From Syncephalis fuscata S228 (Eukaryota; Fungi; Zoopagomycota), in the NCBI GenBank assembly GCA_025786725.1, contig JAHLTZ010000050.1:54115-118114 (forward strand): a stretch of 64,000 nt of DNA, written 5' to 3'. How positions within the stretch are numbered: position 1 is the stretch's first letter; every line of letters starts with the position of its first letter. The notes beneath the pieces are model-generated. The model made no database searches, had not been told where the DNA came from, and was given only the letters and a program-made list of their open reading frames with translations. This document shows positions 22,366 to 37,383 of this stretch, piece after piece. The translations under genes and the position numbers were made by a program.

Positions 22366-24203
22366 ATGCTATCTTCCAGTCTGACCAATGTTCGTAGAAC
22401 GCTTTTACCATTGCTGAAGCGTCATAGCAATTTGCAACATTGCTTACGTCATGGCTATAGTGGTGTAATAGGAAGAAATAAAGACGGAGACAGCAATAAA
22501 TTACCAAGCAGTATTGAAGGAGCTGCCGGCTCTTTAGGCAATATAACTGATCGGTCTCGTCGTGCGCTATTCTATGGTAAGCGTATACTATATATAATAT
22601 ATGGCCTTTTGTAATTATACAAGTATTGGCTAACTGACCACTTCACCGTGTCTAGTACCCGGAAGTGACCAACGCAAACTAAAAAGTGCAACAAGATTGG
22701 ATGCTGACTGTCTAGTCTATGATTTGGAGGACAGTGTACCATTTGCACGCAAGGGAGCTGCACGCTCAATGGTGTTTGATGCACTTGAGGTAAGTAATAT
22801 TAAAAAGAGATTATAAATAATTAATAATATGACTATTCAACATTGAGGCTTCGGAGGGCCGAGTTAATGAAACAGCCGTGCGTATTAATGCTGTCGACTC
22901 GGGTAATTACATTTAAGCGATATAAATAAAAGAATATATAATTTAGCAGCAAATAATGGATAGGATTGGCCGTAGACGATTTGAATGTTACAGTAAGTCT
23001 ATTCACTAGTAGTACATTTAGTGTATACTAATAATGCATAAATTAAGTTACGTTCTAAATATCTGGAAGCCATTGTAATTCCCAAGGTGAATCGAGCAAG
23101 TGATGTGCATTTTATAAGTCGTATGATTGATTCAGTTGCACCTGCTGACCGGTAATTATAAGCTGTATATTTAACTATAAATAACATATTATCGTTCATG
23201 TGTATATATACTAGTCAAGGACACATACGATTGATTGCTTCAATTGAAAGTGCACAAGGTATTATGAATCTTAAAGAAATAGCAACTTGCGATCCACGTA
23301 TTAGTGCTTTATTAGTAAGTATACATATATATATATTACTGTTAATGCTAATACTAATAATGATAACAGTTTGCGGCCGAGGATTACTGTGCAGATCTAG
23401 GTCAGTAATCATTTATATTAATGATATAGTCTATTTACAGCATATCATACAGGTTTAATCCGCACGACACATCGACGTGAAATGCTTTATGCTCGTTCAG
23501 CACTAGTCACCACTGCATGTGCCTATGGTCTACAATCAATTGATCTAGTAAATAATGCGTATTATATCTAGTCTAGACAGTATTAATCCTATTAATAGGT
23601 GTGCATGGACTATAAAGATGAAAGTATATTAAAAGATGAATGTCAAGAAGGACGTGAAATGGGCTTCACAGGCAAGGTAATTATAGATACTTGTTGTTTA
23701 ATACAATCAACATAGCACTAATTGTAATATAGCAAGCAATTCATCCAAGTCAAATAGCCGGCATCCAGGACATGTTCCGTCCATCAGATAATGGTAATAG
23801 TAGATTCATCATTAAATACATTATTGACTTCAGACTAATATAATAACTTTATCAAAAGATCTTGTTCGTGCCGTCAAGATTGTTAAAGGTACATTAATAC
23901 TAAATAATAGTAGTTTATTTTAATGACTATAATTTATACAGGTTACGAGGAACATTCTAAAGTAGGCCTTGGTGCTTTTGGGCTAGAGGGCAAAGTGTAT
24001 GAACTTGCAACTATTAAAATGCTTTTACTAATGATCGTTAATACAATAGGATTGATTTGCCGGTAGTTAAATGGGCCGAGCGTTTAATCTCTCGTGCTCG
24101 TAGTGCCCGTGTTACCATTCCTACAGTGACCACAAGTAATGTTAACGATACAGGTGCACCCGTCACTGAAACAGATCAAATAAAGAGAAAAGAACAATCG
24201 TAA
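22366..24203 (+). CDS. CLYBL: Citrate lyase beta subunit-like (CitE/CLYBL, HpcH-fold) mitochondrial protein, many short exons
   Basis: RSRRALFY|VPGSDQRKL, VYDLEDSV, AVRINAV, IVIPKV, LIASIESAQG, FAAEDY, GFTGK|QAIHPSQ and GAFGLEGKV|IDLPVVKWAER. Confidence 0.88.
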
Positions 24204-24307
24204 TATTACGAGATGTCTTTATTAATTGGTTTACATCTACTTTATTATGCGCATATCAATCATTACTACTAACACTACGATGATGATGAATATTGCTATT
24301 ATAATGA

Positions 24308-26563
24308 TTAATGAATAATGTCATCCTTCTTCTTGGCTCCCTTTCCACCACCACCTTTACTTTGAGCTGCTTCATGGCGATTCAGTTCAGGTGGTACAGT
24401 TGATAGAGATGATTTAAGTAGCATTTGTCGTAAATCATACATAACATCTTCATCGCTGTTGGACAGGAAAGTAATGGCTACACCTTGTTTGCCAGCACGA
24501 CCTGTACGACCAATACGATGCGTGTAATCTAGTGACAAATGTTAAATGATATACATAACAGCATATGTACTCTATACATATAACTTACCTTCAATAGTCT
24601 TGGCCATATCGTAGTTGACCACAAGCGAGACATCTTTGATATCAATACCACGACCTGCCACATCAGTGGCCACCAAATAGTGAGCCTGTCCGTTTTTGAG
24701 CTGAGCCAAAGATGCTTCACTGTAATATATCAAAATGGTATAAGCTATTCAGTGTCATCTAATTTATAATAAATTTACTTACCGCTGTTCTTGAGATTTG
24801 CCGCCATGTAGTGTAGCGGTACTAAACTGTATTAAAGCCATTAATATCCATTCTCTTTACAGTTAATTACTATTACTTACTCCAGACTTGGATAGAGACC
24901 GTGCCAATTGATCTACACCCTTCTTTTGATTAACGAATATAATCATTGGTGGTGGGAACTCGCCCGATCGCATAATTTCCATTAGACGGTTCCTATACAT
25001 GGATTAATAGCTATTTAATGAATACAGCAGGCTACTTACTTCTTCCTGCCGTCATCGCTAATCATTTCTACACGCTGCTCAACCGTATCAACCGCCTTGC
25101 CAAGTGTACCAATTGTGACCGTGGCCGGACGACGAAGATATCTAATATGCGTGTCAACATCACTGACTGACAATAGTAATGGCTACTCACACTCGTGCCA
25201 TACGTTCAACTGCTGGTGGCATAGTAGCTGAAAACATAACCGTTTGTCGATATCGTCGAATCTTACCGCCCAACTCGACCGACTTTTCATCTTCTTCATT
25301 ATCAGGCTTCTTATTGTCCACTGGCAATTGGTCGAGAATAAAGTTAACGTCATTTTCAAATCCCATATCAATCATACGATCTGCCTAGTATTGATTCGTT
25401 TGTTAATAATAAAAGTGTAATCACAATATTTACTTACTTCGTCCATGACTACATAAGTACACTGACTCAGTACAAGAATACGGCGATCTAAACAATCTCG
25501 AAGACGACCTGGTGTGGCGATAACAATCTCGGCACCATTACGTAAATTAAACGATTGTGCTTCCATAGCATGCTAAATATAATAGTGCTTATTAGATCAG
25601 TCATTGATTTGTAGCAATTACTTACACCACCAACAATGGATACACAATGGAAATTCATTGGTTTGGCAAACTTGATCGTTTCCTGTTCAATTTGTAGGGC
25701 CAATTCACGTGTTGGTGCAAGAATAAGCGCATAAGGACCGTGCATTTGATTCTCCTCATTAAGTTTAGGCAGTTCCGATATAAACATTAACATAGGAATA
25801 ACAAATGATGCCGTTTTACCACTACCTGTAATAAATCCATATTAATTGACAATATTTAACCTGTAACTGCTATTTACCCGTTTCTGCAATACCGATAATA
25901 TCACGGTTCTGTAAACCAATAGGAATGGCTTGTCGTTGAATAGCCGTTGGTTCTTTGTAGTTATTATCGTAAACGATCTTAACAATCTCTGGTAATAGAT
26001 TTGACTCTTCCCAGTTACGCATTGGATTAGGAATGTCACCACCTAATAACTGTGTCAATACTGATAGGTATCATTTAATACAACTACCCACCTTTAGTAC
26101 TAATATTAAAGTCTTCTTTAAGAATACGCCAGTCACGCTCTCGCATCTCCGTCAGTGGCTTCTCAGACCAATGGCGGTCATCCCACTGCTGTCGTTGTTC
26201 ACGTTTGCGATTACGTTCTATCAATTCACTTGGGGCGAGTAAGTCACTATCCAATGGTAGCGTTCTAGTATTGGCTTACCTTGCACGCTCTTTCTCTTCA
26301 TCCGTACGACGACTGACTGCTAAGCTGTCGTAAAAGTGTGAGCGTTGACGCTTTTGCTCGCTAACATCAAATCCAGCAATATGGCCTCTGCCAAATAACT
26401 GAGCGTCATGTCGATTTGCGTAAATTGGATTGAAGTCCTTTGATGTATCTTCATTAGCATCCCAATCAAAAACAAACTTCTTTTCAGTCATTTTACGGAT
26501 TTTACGTTTCTTTTTCTCGGCTCCCATGTAGCGTTGCTAATTACGTAAAATAATTAATAATTG

Positions 26564-26602
<39 letters not shown>

Positions 26603-27305
26603 TTACTATATAACATATATCCACCTATTTACTTACTTTAATAGCTTCAAGTTCTTTCTCGTTAACTGCTACTGTATTCTCGTTATCTTCCGGTGAGTCT
26701 TGGCGTTGTCTACGTCTATCATCGTTGCGAGGTGGAGAACGCCGTCCATCTCTGCTACGGCTACGATAACGGTCCCGACTACGGTTACGGTGATCTCGGC
26801 CACCGCCACGACCCTCACGGTCTCGGCTTCGATCACGATCGCGTCCCCGCCGTCCAGTATCGCGATCTCGTCCATATCTACTTGTATGGCCTCGATCATG
26901 ATCGCGATCGCGATATCGGTCGCGTGAATACCGGTCGCGGTCTTTTAGCAATTAGCAATCAAATGCTGCTGATTAAAAGTGCCATGACTTACCGCGATCG
27001 TGGTTTTCTACGGCTATCTTGTCAGCCTCTTTGTAGAATTCATCACGCTGCTGCTTTTCCTCCTCTTGTCTTCGACGTTGCTCTTCCACTTCTTTCTGGC
27101 GACGCTCTAATGCCAGACGGGCACGTTCCTCTTTACTAAGGAATTTAGGCTATCACAATAGGTTAGGCTTAATCAATTCTACTATTTGCTTAGTTAGTTA
27201 GTTACCCTTTCTCCTACTGCCTATATCGTTGATGGTTGTATAAGTATTATTCATGTATATTAGATAGTAGTGATGGCTTACATTTGGCTGGATTCCGTTA
27301 TTCAT
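24308..27305 (-). CDS. PRP28: U5 snRNP DEAD-box helicase Prp28/DDX23
   Basis: [14 protein letters not shown], an RD/RS-rich region, [28 protein letters not shown]|SGKT, APTRELA, MDE|ADRM, MFSAT and [12 protein letters not shown]. Confidence 0.96.
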
Positions 27306-27788
27306 GCTGAGAAAACAGAATATACAATATACTAGCAATAAGAAATGAAAGTGAAGCGAACAATAATAATAATGATATAATAATAATGACTAATTCGTAA
27401 ATTGTAACACCGCGCCAATCACTAAAACAATTTGATTGTAATAAATCCAGTATACATATACTTTTACTATTAAATATTTGTCATATTAATTAATCATTAT
27501 AGATTATAGACACTAATTACATCTGTGCGCAATATATTTTTTATGCGCTAGCTATTAATTGTTATAAATAGTGTATAAAGTATACTGTAACATTATAACT
27601 TTATATGATGTTTACAATCGATAGAATATGTAAATAAATGTATAATTTAATTTTTTATTATTATCAGTAGCCACTTTATTTGCTAATGATAAGCTTGAAT
27701 ATTATTAATTAATATAGTTTTTTAGTTGAAAATTAACAATTTTAGTAGAAATAATTGATACAAAGCCAGTTAATAGCTTATTAAGCTA

Positions 27789-28729
27789 TTACCATCTGGT
27801 CTGAACCGCTCTTCTTCTATTACGCGAAGTGCTTTCATAGGTTGAGAACGCTAGACGCATTCGCTCATGCTGTCGAATAAGCAAGCACGAAGTAATGAGC
27901 CCTGTAAATCCATATTAATACCAACATAATTTACTTTTTCTGTTAACTTACAGTCATAAATAAACATCATTTCACTAAGGCCACCGATCACTTTAAAGGC
28001 CACAATGAACGCACATAAAACATTTGACAGGATTACACACAAAAGGTAGAGAATGCCGTCGGATTGCAGCTTATGCCAACACTTATTGCCCAGTGCTTGG
28101 TATTGTTGAATGACCACGCGAAGAAATACCGTTGAGAAAATACTATTGATAGACAAGTCTAATCCAAGGCGGAACCATGGCAAATACCACGGAAAAATGC
28201 TTGTACAAGCATTGTCAGCCGAATTTAATGAGAAACTTTCGACCCAAAAAATCCATATAGTTCCCGGTAATGGTAGCATTAAAACAATTCCCACAAATAA
28301 AAGTTTGCGATTATGACTTGTAATAGTATAGGCTCTAAGAAGTAGACATATACTAACACAGACACTAGATACTGTAATACCGCTTGAATACACCCAGTTA
28401 CACGTACGGCAAGTTGCTCCGCCAGGGAACACTGTCGATAGATTGACTATTTGAGTTGCCACACCCATGGCGGCTTGTACTAGACAACACCAGCCAGCTA
28501 TACTTGCCGGTTTTTGATATACGAGTTTAAAGGCTCGCCAGAAATTCCTCAGAAACACAGCAAACATAGTAGCATTCATAAATAATTGGATTGCATTACC
28601 ATATACGCGTTCGCGTGCATCCGCTAGACTTTCGTGTTCTTGCAAAAAGTCCCACACCGATGATTCTCCCCTAGGATCTATCGGGATATAGTTCCATAAT
28701 AAAACTGTTTCTGTCGTATTGATACTCAT
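27789..28729 (-). CDS. Multi-pass (about 7 TM) membrane protein, GPCR-like topology, two exons
   Basis: 292-aa ORF with about seven hydrophobic segments and Cys in predicted loops (TCRTC, NACTS). A GT-AG intron near the end gives YDWLITSCLLIRQHE...QTRW*. Confidence 0.7.
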
Positions 28730-29875
28730 ACTAATTAAGCTATTAGAGCATGGACTATATTAAGGAAAAGGCGATTTGGGGCTTATCGATTGCCTATCCT
28801 CATGGCTGGTTTAAATAGGACACAACCGGAAAAACCAAAAGCCACAATGTGAACATCACATACCAGTCTAATACTCGACTCATTGGTGTACCGTCTATGC
28901 ATAATTATCCTCGTGAAAAAGACAAGGCTCCAAAGATAGGCTTGCACAAACAGCACACCAATGGTTTGAGTAAATAAACTGGTTTTTATGTGGATATTAC
29001 CTCAGACGGAGACGACGTACAGGGAATACACTAATGAAGCACAATTCGATAGAAGCAAAAGACTTGTTTGCTAAGTATTATTTACTAAGCATAGGTTTTA
29101 TAGTATTTGTTAAAGATCAACAATTTAGCTATTGTAAGTTTGTGAATCGAGTATTCATAGTTATTTTGATATTGATGGCAGCTGTGTAACTGAACTAGCC
29201 ATGCATGATATTGAAGGTGAAACCGGGTGGTAAGTGACATTATAACAGCAAATCATCAAAGCACATTATGATTTAATGGTCAAATGACTAAACTGAACGA
29301 TAATTGCACAATTGAACTACACGCATGTTTTATTGAAGATGGAACTGGATGGTAAATGATATTACTCATCAAAATAGTCATTATCGTAGATTTATTGCTT
29401 AGTACGCATATATTCTATTTTGTTGCACACACATACTACTATATATCACTATAGCATATAATAATTACTGTTATTCAGAGTCATCATCCATTTGGTGCTG
29501 ATTTTATTCTTTGTAGACTTTGACGCAGTTTGCTTGTTCAGTTTTATCCACTATAACTTTACATTATGTTATCCGTTTTTATATGCTAGTGTATATTCTA
29601 TTATCTGTGCTTTATTGATAAAAACTTTTTATTATTGGCTAAAGCTTTAACATATCTATAATTGGTTCACTTAGGCATATACATGATACACTTACATAAC
29701 ATACTTTATCATCGATACTCATCTGGATTAATCACATTTTAACAAAGAAGGAAAAGGATTTTGGAATCATAGTTTACAGTTGCATTTCCAATATCGATTG
29801 AAAAGTAGAACTAAAAGGCATTAAGCCGAGTGCGCATTCATAATGAGCCAAATATTCCATGGCAATTATATCACA

Positions 29876-29876
<1 letters not shown>

Positions 29877-29910
<34 letters not shown>
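29877..29910. repeat. (AGT)n microsatellite
   Basis: About 11 consecutive agt units. Confidence 0.9.
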
Positions 29911-32900
29911 AATCCGCATTAGATTACAATTTAGTACAAAGTGCAGCCCGCTGTATACATTTCTACATTTTTACATTTTTATTTCTATAGTTGTGTTGTA
30001 TGTGCATGTGTAAGCAAGCCAGTAGACAGTAAATAGTAGCTACTGCTGGTGCTGGCCGTATATACAGTCAATGCATACACCGCGGCACCAGTAAAGTAGC
30101 CTTAAAGTCCCTTGTAGCTTGAATTGTTTTTACGCCATGTATAGCAGTAAAGATAAACTAATAACCACTAGGTAAAATCTGTATGAATACGGGAAAGAGG
30201 AAAAAGGATAAAGAGGAGAGACCTGGGCTCAGTGCAGACATGTGCTGTTTGCAGAAAAGGCATGTGCACAAGGGGTCGCGTGCCAATACATCATTGCATG
30301 TCGCACACACACAGGCCGCAAAGCATGTTAACTATAACCAGTCGCCAAATTACTGATGGTTGTTGATATCTGGGACTATCGCGATACCACTATATTCGGT
30401 TTTGGGTGTTCACGGTTTTGAAGATCAGGCACAGTTGTCGCGGATGGCGGCGGCAATTCAAGTGGTGGTTCTCCCCCATAGTTGTCTACGCACAGACGTA
30501 TGAATAACTACTCGATAAACAAAAGGCTTTACTTATCCGGACTAACTTCTAAATCTGCATGGTCCCAGAGCGGCGTGGTAGATGTAGTATGTGACATGAT
30601 AAATAAGGGTGTTTGTATAGTGAGGTTTAGTTGGTAGTAAGTTGGTTTGTATAGAAAAGTTGAAGTGACGATAACATAAGGTGGCGTATTTATGTCCCAT
30701 CTTAAAAATAGGTTAAGGGGTCAGTTTTAAATGGAGTCATGTTTTACTTCAATCCTCTAGTATTTGACTTTCAAAGCAAGAGAATCGATACCCTACCATG
30801 AAAATTAATCGGAAAACAGCCTATCAAATGAGCTGTTTAATAGTGTATGTAGGAACCACAATTGAGTGCACATCATTCTTATCCCTCCCTTTACATGAAA
30901 CAAACGGATAAATAAGCTAGGCTCCGGGCTGTGGTTCAAGAGTGGACAAGTGAAGGTAGCAGCAGCAGGCACATAAGGGGATAAGGGTGTAACTGGTAGT
31001 AAAGCCACAAGTAAGTATGTAAGAGTAAATGAAGTTTGAAAGGCCAAATTAACGAGAATATACTTTCTTTTGATACTTTGTATAGAGATATAATTGATAA
31101 TATCCACTTTCCTGTCGTCACACGTAATGGCGGTAAGTGCTTTTGTTTCCTCTTTCTTCATCGTTGATAAATGTTAGGTAGATACTTTTACTACACATTT
31201 GATAGCAGTAATCTACCGTTATAACTTTGATAACAGTAGTCTGCAGCTACATAACAAATTTTAGCGAGCACAGCGTAAAACATGCGAATGCCTACATGGT
31301 CTATGTTTTCTCATTTTATCATTAGCACCTTTACTCACTAGTATCTTGTCTTTTTAGGCCATTGTTTTCTACCTTGTTAATTTCCCAACACTACAGGTTT
31401 TGACAATTTTTAAAAATAGCTACTATTATTGGTTGGCAACATGTATAAAACCCCTCCTTTCATTATAATTGTGCCACTTAATAAACATAGTGATGATGAA
31501 AAAGGCAAAAGTGCTGTTTTCTCCATAGAATAACCAAAAACAGCATAAAGGCGCAAATACTACAATAATGAAATAATACAAACAATTCAATGGTACTGTC
31601 GTATTTAATCAAATCAAATTGTTTTAACAAACATCTATGTATGAAGCAATATTATAACTACATAAAAAATGAACAAAATCAAACAACTTACTGTGTTTAA
31701 TGTCGCAATAAAAATCATTGCTGCTATCTTGAACCAACCAACCAATGGTATTCAAACGTGACTAAATTTAGCCAGTAAATACAGGCTTTGAGTAGTGAGT
31801 AGCATATCGTATGGCTGTGACAATTGTTGGTTTGAGAAAAGGCTTGCACCAAGTTACTATGAGCTGTAGCACTATAACTTTCTCTCAATGGCCTTGGTCA
31901 CACCATTGAGTCGTCATTGGCGTCATTGGCCTTATTCAAGGTGGTACAAGCATTATTTTAGAAGCAACTTTACTTCATGACGACTTTCCAATCACTTATT
32001 TAACTTAAACTGCTTAAATAAAGTAAAGCTTAAAGTTCTTATTGTAAAAAATTTGCAAATACTTTCATACAAAATTTAAGCTGTTTTATAAGTAAATTGC
32101 AGTACACATATAAAATAGTTAGAAGTTATAACCATGAATATCATACAAAATCTTTTTAGAGATCAAAGCGTATGCCTTACCACTGTGCATGTATTTGTTT
32201 TAAAACAGCATTACTGACGACGGAAAACGTTTTTCAAAAGAACATCACGAGACCCAGTCCAACGGCCATTGCCTTTTGTTTTACGGCAATAGTTTGCCGT
32301 CGCCTATTCATTCTTGGCATGAGCACTGTTGAGGGGGGTATTCTGAAGCATTCTCTCTTTTTCTCTCTCTCTCGCCTTTTCCATTCTATACAATAGCTAA
32401 TAATGACTACAAGAATTTTGTTAAAATAAAGTAAAAATAAGCGATACTTTATAGATATGTAAAATAAAGTAAATGTGTATTATAATTGTTGATAAAGTGG
32501 ATTATTTTTAGCTGTTAATTTAATGACAATAAATGAATCGACGTTAAACGTAAATTAATACATTAGAATATGCTTAAAATAGTTATTTCATGGATCCCTT
32601 AAGTGCATAGTTTTTGCATGAAATATAATTAATAATGATGTAATTAGCATATCACATTTTTAATAAGAAGCAGTTTATTAATTCAAACCAGGTCGAATCT
32701 TTGACTGCAAGCACTAATGACCTTCTTGAAAATGTTACATTTCCTCACTGCTCTCTAGCGCTCCTTACTTCCCGTCTTTTTACTATGTTTAAATGTTTTT
32801 CATAGTACACCTGTGTTTTTGCTAAATACTCCAAAGTGTTACCATCACCAATGCTTTATTTCCGCTTTCTATATTTCGCTATGTTATATGTTTTATCGGT

Positions 32901-33029
32901 ACATAATAATATGTTTGCTATAAATTATAGTGTGACGCATTTATCATAATGCTTAAGTAAAACAATAGACGACCATATTGCAGTCACTAATACTTCAATT
33001 GTCTATTTTAACGCAAAACAGCCATTCAG

Positions 33030-35840
33030 TTATTTATTTAGCAAAATCAGCCATTTGTCACTATTATGATAATAGATTAGTTTATAGTTATAGCTATTGC
33101 TTATAATTGCGCTGGAACGTGAAAGTTTTATCAATGGAACAATGGATGGTCTAACAACCTTTATTAATGTAGACTCATTGGTTGATTTTAATGCTTACCT
33201 TCCGTGGGCACATTGAAATGGATGTCTGCATCTTCCTAGTAACTTCATTAGACGACAGCAAGACTGATAGTCCAAAGGATCATTGAATTTGATTGCACCT
33301 AATAAACAAATATAAGCTTTGACTATTAATAATGTCAATTTCGTACGTTTACAGGCCATTTCTTTTAATGCATTTTGAATTGAGGAGGGACAGGCTACTA
33401 TGTGGCTGCAACTTGGTTGTGCGGCAAGTTCATGAATGCAATCCTGCACTAATCTTGCTAATATACAAGGATTATGCATATAGTGTTCATAGATCATCGT
33501 TGGTATACGAGCAGTAGAGTGGTCCTGGTGGTCTATGGACAAGTGAATAACAACGCCCCAATAAGCCAACTCAACAAGTCGCTCCTTGGCCATGACCTGT
33601 TCCTGGTGTGAAAGTGGCACAACAAACTGCTGCATATCACACTCGAATCCGTCCAGTATTCCCTTGCTAATGGCTATATATTGATCTTGCAGCCATTCCA
33701 GCAATATTCTTTCGTGAGCAGCATGCTGATCAACAAGAACAACCAAAGTAGAATTGGCTGATCCAGTTTGACAGTGTGGTATGGGCATCAGGCCAGCGAT
33801 AAACTTGTTATCAATTTGGCTTAACACTTGAATGGCCCGCAAGCTTTGATGGGGCAATTGAACTAAACAGCTATCTGCCATGGCAGCCGGTAGTGCTAGC
33901 GAACCAGAATAGTTATTTGATATCACCTTTGTATTACAATCGTATATAAACATTTCTGGTATTGGAAAGACTGGATCTATCCATGTCTGTAATGCGCTAT
34001 TAATCATTGTTGTTTAATAAAAATATAACTATTAGTATCTACCTTAAACAACTGATGATACCAAGAAATAGAATTTGCTGTTGTAGTCGTTGGTGTAATC
34101 AATAAATTTGTTGTTCTATTTTCATTTATAGCAACTGAGCTGTATAGCAATACAAATAGTCAATCAATACAGTCATCCTGTAAACAAAGCATACAACATA
34201 CTCTACCATTTGAATAGTACGCTCTTGATTATACACTGGTAGTATCGGATTTGTTGTATTATTTCCAAGTATAGCATGTCGAATAACACCAGTATCTAAC
34301 TGGAGAAACTCATCAACCAACTGGTTAACTGCTTTTCTTAGAATGTTTAATTGCTATAGTATATACGTTAACAAGTCAATAAATAGTAGATAAAATGCAT
34401 ACTTTACAACTTTCGCTTATTCTATCATAATAATTTTCACTTGGTTGACAATTAAATATAAATATAAAGGATAGTTGCCCTTTAAGCAAATCATGTGACT
34501 TATAAACTACATCCAGTTGAAGCATTTTCAACATTTGTTTGTACATCTACAAACATTGTAAATTAATGCATTTATTACATAATCCAATAGAGTTTACCTT
34601 TCGTGTACAGTTTGCATTTAAATCTTTGATAATTGCCCTGCAATCATACTCATTTCTTAACCAGTATTGATTAATATCTACATATATGAGTTAACGATAT
34701 AAAGATGCTATAAATCTAGAAAAGGATACAGATATATTGAATAGTCTATAACACATTAGTATTAGTAGTAGCATTTCAAACATATGGATATTTTGTAGCT
34801 AGCCTACTTTTACTGTCCATCTAGACCATGAAAGCCATCCAGTAAGAACAACATTGTCGCTATACTTGCGTACTCTTTCAAAGAATAGCTAATGATACCA
34901 GTTAGCAATATATTCTATGTTCATATTATTACAAGTACTTGGCCTATGTTTTTGCCATAGATATTACGTAGCCGTTGCGGCATAGTTCCCTACATCAATA
35001 TTAAATACACTGATATGTATTGTTTTATTACATACAGTTGGAATATCTAAAAGACAATCTTCTGTTGATTTATCCCACAAAGTAAATCGAACATTACAAT
35101 GTCTTAGCGAATAAGCAACAATATGGTAAATTGTACTAGCAATATGACGTGTCCGTGGTATTTGATGTAATATACGCTGTCTAACTAAACACTATTGAAT
35201 TTCAGTATATTGTTTAATTTAACTTACATTATAGAAAAGTGCAGTAACTTGTACTCTAGTTCCGTAGCTTTTTAAAAAAGCCACTTTATTTATTTGCATT
35301 GTTTTAGCATGCATGAGTTTAACTGTAACTGGAATAGATTCGCTTGTATGCCAACTAGTAATAAACAATTGGGCAATACAAGATAGATTTGCCAATGCTA
35401 ATGAACACTTATTAGTATATTATTACATATTGAATAGCACGCCTCACCTTGACCACGATAGCCATAACACATGGCTACATCATCCTCTCTTTCAGGATCT
35501 TGTTTTGAAGTGGCTATATGCAAATTAGTACAAATAGTATAACAGTGTAATAACATATACATACCATAGTAACCAATGGAAAATAAATTACTTTTGGTCA
35601 TGCCTATGCCATTATCCTCTACTGTAACATTTGAAGAATCGATATAGATTTGTATATGATTAGCTTTAGCATCTAGACCTTTTCAAAAGATTAAATATTT
35701 GATAATAGCTATACTAAATGGTATTTACTATTCTCTATCAAGGCACATATACAGCTAGATATTGTAGATATTTTCGCAGATGCCTTGATATGCTGTTGCT
35801 CATCCAGCTCCAACAGCTGTATGCCGTTATATTCAGTCAT
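33030..35840 (-). CDS. MLH3: MutL-family mismatch repair/meiotic endonuclease Mlh3, multi-exon
   Basis: N-terminal GHKL motifs LIENS|LDAKA, VEDNGIGM, YGYRG and YGTRVQV. C-terminal QIDNKFI, DQHAAHERILLE, ACK..AIKFND and PFQCAHGR|PSIVPL. Confidence 0.88.
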
Positions 35841-36098
35841 TAATATATACCACACTTAATTAAAAACAAATAAAAGGGATGGTTATTAGACTGTTAACAG
35901 TGGTTGCACTGTAATATGACTGTTACCAGATATTTAATTAAATGTAAAAATGTAACTGACTTTATTTTATTATATTTTTGCATTAAAAATGTAATTGTAA
36001 GCAATGAACTGTATTTATGAATCAAATATGTATTTTAATCATCAATTTCAGTATTTTGTTCTTTACCTTTTTCAACTTCTCATCTTTTTATTTTCATT

Positions 36099-36911
36099 AT
36101 GGAAGCCCAAGAACTTGCCAGTTATAAGTACCAGCTGGAGCAGGTCGAGACTCTCTTGGCCGATGATCCGGAGAATGCTGAGATGCTTAAACTGAAAACC
36201 GATCTGGAAGAGCTTATTGCTTTGTCGGCCAACTTGGTGAGTGAGGTGTCTGATACACGCAAGCCTGCTACAACCTTGGAATCGTCAGCTCCAGTAGATA
36301 AATCGGAGATGCCCGATGAAGAAGTAGATGTGCTTCTACGCCGTATGGAGGCCGATCTAAGCAGTCGCCCTATTACAATGCCTGACGACGAGCGTTCACT
36401 AGATGCACCACGTGCCAAATGGGTAGTAGGTGATCGTATTCAAGCCCGTTACAAAAACGACGGCAAACTTTATTCTGCACGTGTTGTATCCGTTGGTGGC
36501 AGTGACGCAGCACCGGTGTATTCAGTTGTATTTAAAGGCTATGAAGGCGATGCACCCGAGATTGTAGCACATGCCGACACTTGTCCTCTGTTAAGTGCAA
36601 AAACCGCCGGTGGTGATAGACCAAAAAAACGCAGTGCACCAGAGCCTATTACAGGAGAAGAGGCAGAAAAGAAGATAAAAGGCACAGCTGCGCGTAAAAT
36701 GCGCCAGCAAGAACAACGAGAACGACAACAAAGCTGGCTATCATTTGCATCGGGCGGCAAGAAGAAAGCCGTTAAAAAAACGGGTGCTATTAATAAGAAA
36801 TCCATATTTGCCACACCTGATAATGGTCAGGGCCGTGTTGGTGTTGTAGGCAGTGGCCGTCCAATGACGCAATTTGGCAATAGAAATAAGCATGTATATG
36901 AAAATAAATAG
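36099..36911 (+). CDS. SPF30: Tudor-domain splicing factor SPF30/SMNDC1
   Basis: LASYKYQLEQVETLLADDPENAEMLKLKTDLEELI, Tudor WVVGDRIQARY..DGKLYSARV..YSVVFKGY and C-terminal SIFATPD..GRVGVVGSGRPMTQF. Confidence 0.92.
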   Translation: MEAQELASYKYQLEQVETLLADDPENAEMLKLKTDLEELIALSANLVSEVSDTRKPATTLESSAPVDKSEMPDEEVDVLLRRMEADLSSRPITMPDDERSLDAPRAKWVVGDRIQARYKNDGKLYSARVVSVGGSDAAPVYSVVFKGYEGDAPEIVAHADTCPLLSAKTAGGDRPKKRSAPEPITGEEAEKKIKGTAARKMRQQEQRERQQSWLSFASGGKKKAVKKTGAINKKSIFATPDNGQGRVGVVGSGRPMTQFGNRNKHVYENK

Positions 36912-37383
36912 TCGTGAAATAAAATGGCTTTTACTTGTACAGCATTCATTGCTTTTGTTTAATCAAATAAACTGACTAATATTTTATTAACAAATTACAT
37001 CAACTATTATGTATGTTGCTTATACGATTGTTATATTTACACTTGTATCCAAGTAGAAATCATTGTTAATATAAATGCAATCAATTAAAATACAAAGACA
37101 TTATAAAAAGTCATTTTATTACTAGTAAATGTTAACTATTCACTTAATAAACTCGATAAGCCTCTCGTCTATTCACTCACACTTATGAGCACGTGTTATA
37201 ACCTTCACCGTCATTCACTCATCTTGACGTCCACTCTTTCTTTTCACTCTCACTACTATATCTTACTGTAAGCAATCCTGCCAACCAGACCAGCCAGTCC
37301 ATAAACGCTGCTCTATTGTACGCACCATCGGCCATAGCGCCTTATTAAGCCACAATATTGATTTTTCTACATTCATTTAACCA

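Noticed and set aside
32200-32400. GC-richer island with hairpin acggcaa-tagt-ttgccgt as a possible ncRNA
   Set aside because: No match to snRNA, tRNA, RNase P/MRP or snoRNA motifs that I can recognise; needs an Rfam scan.
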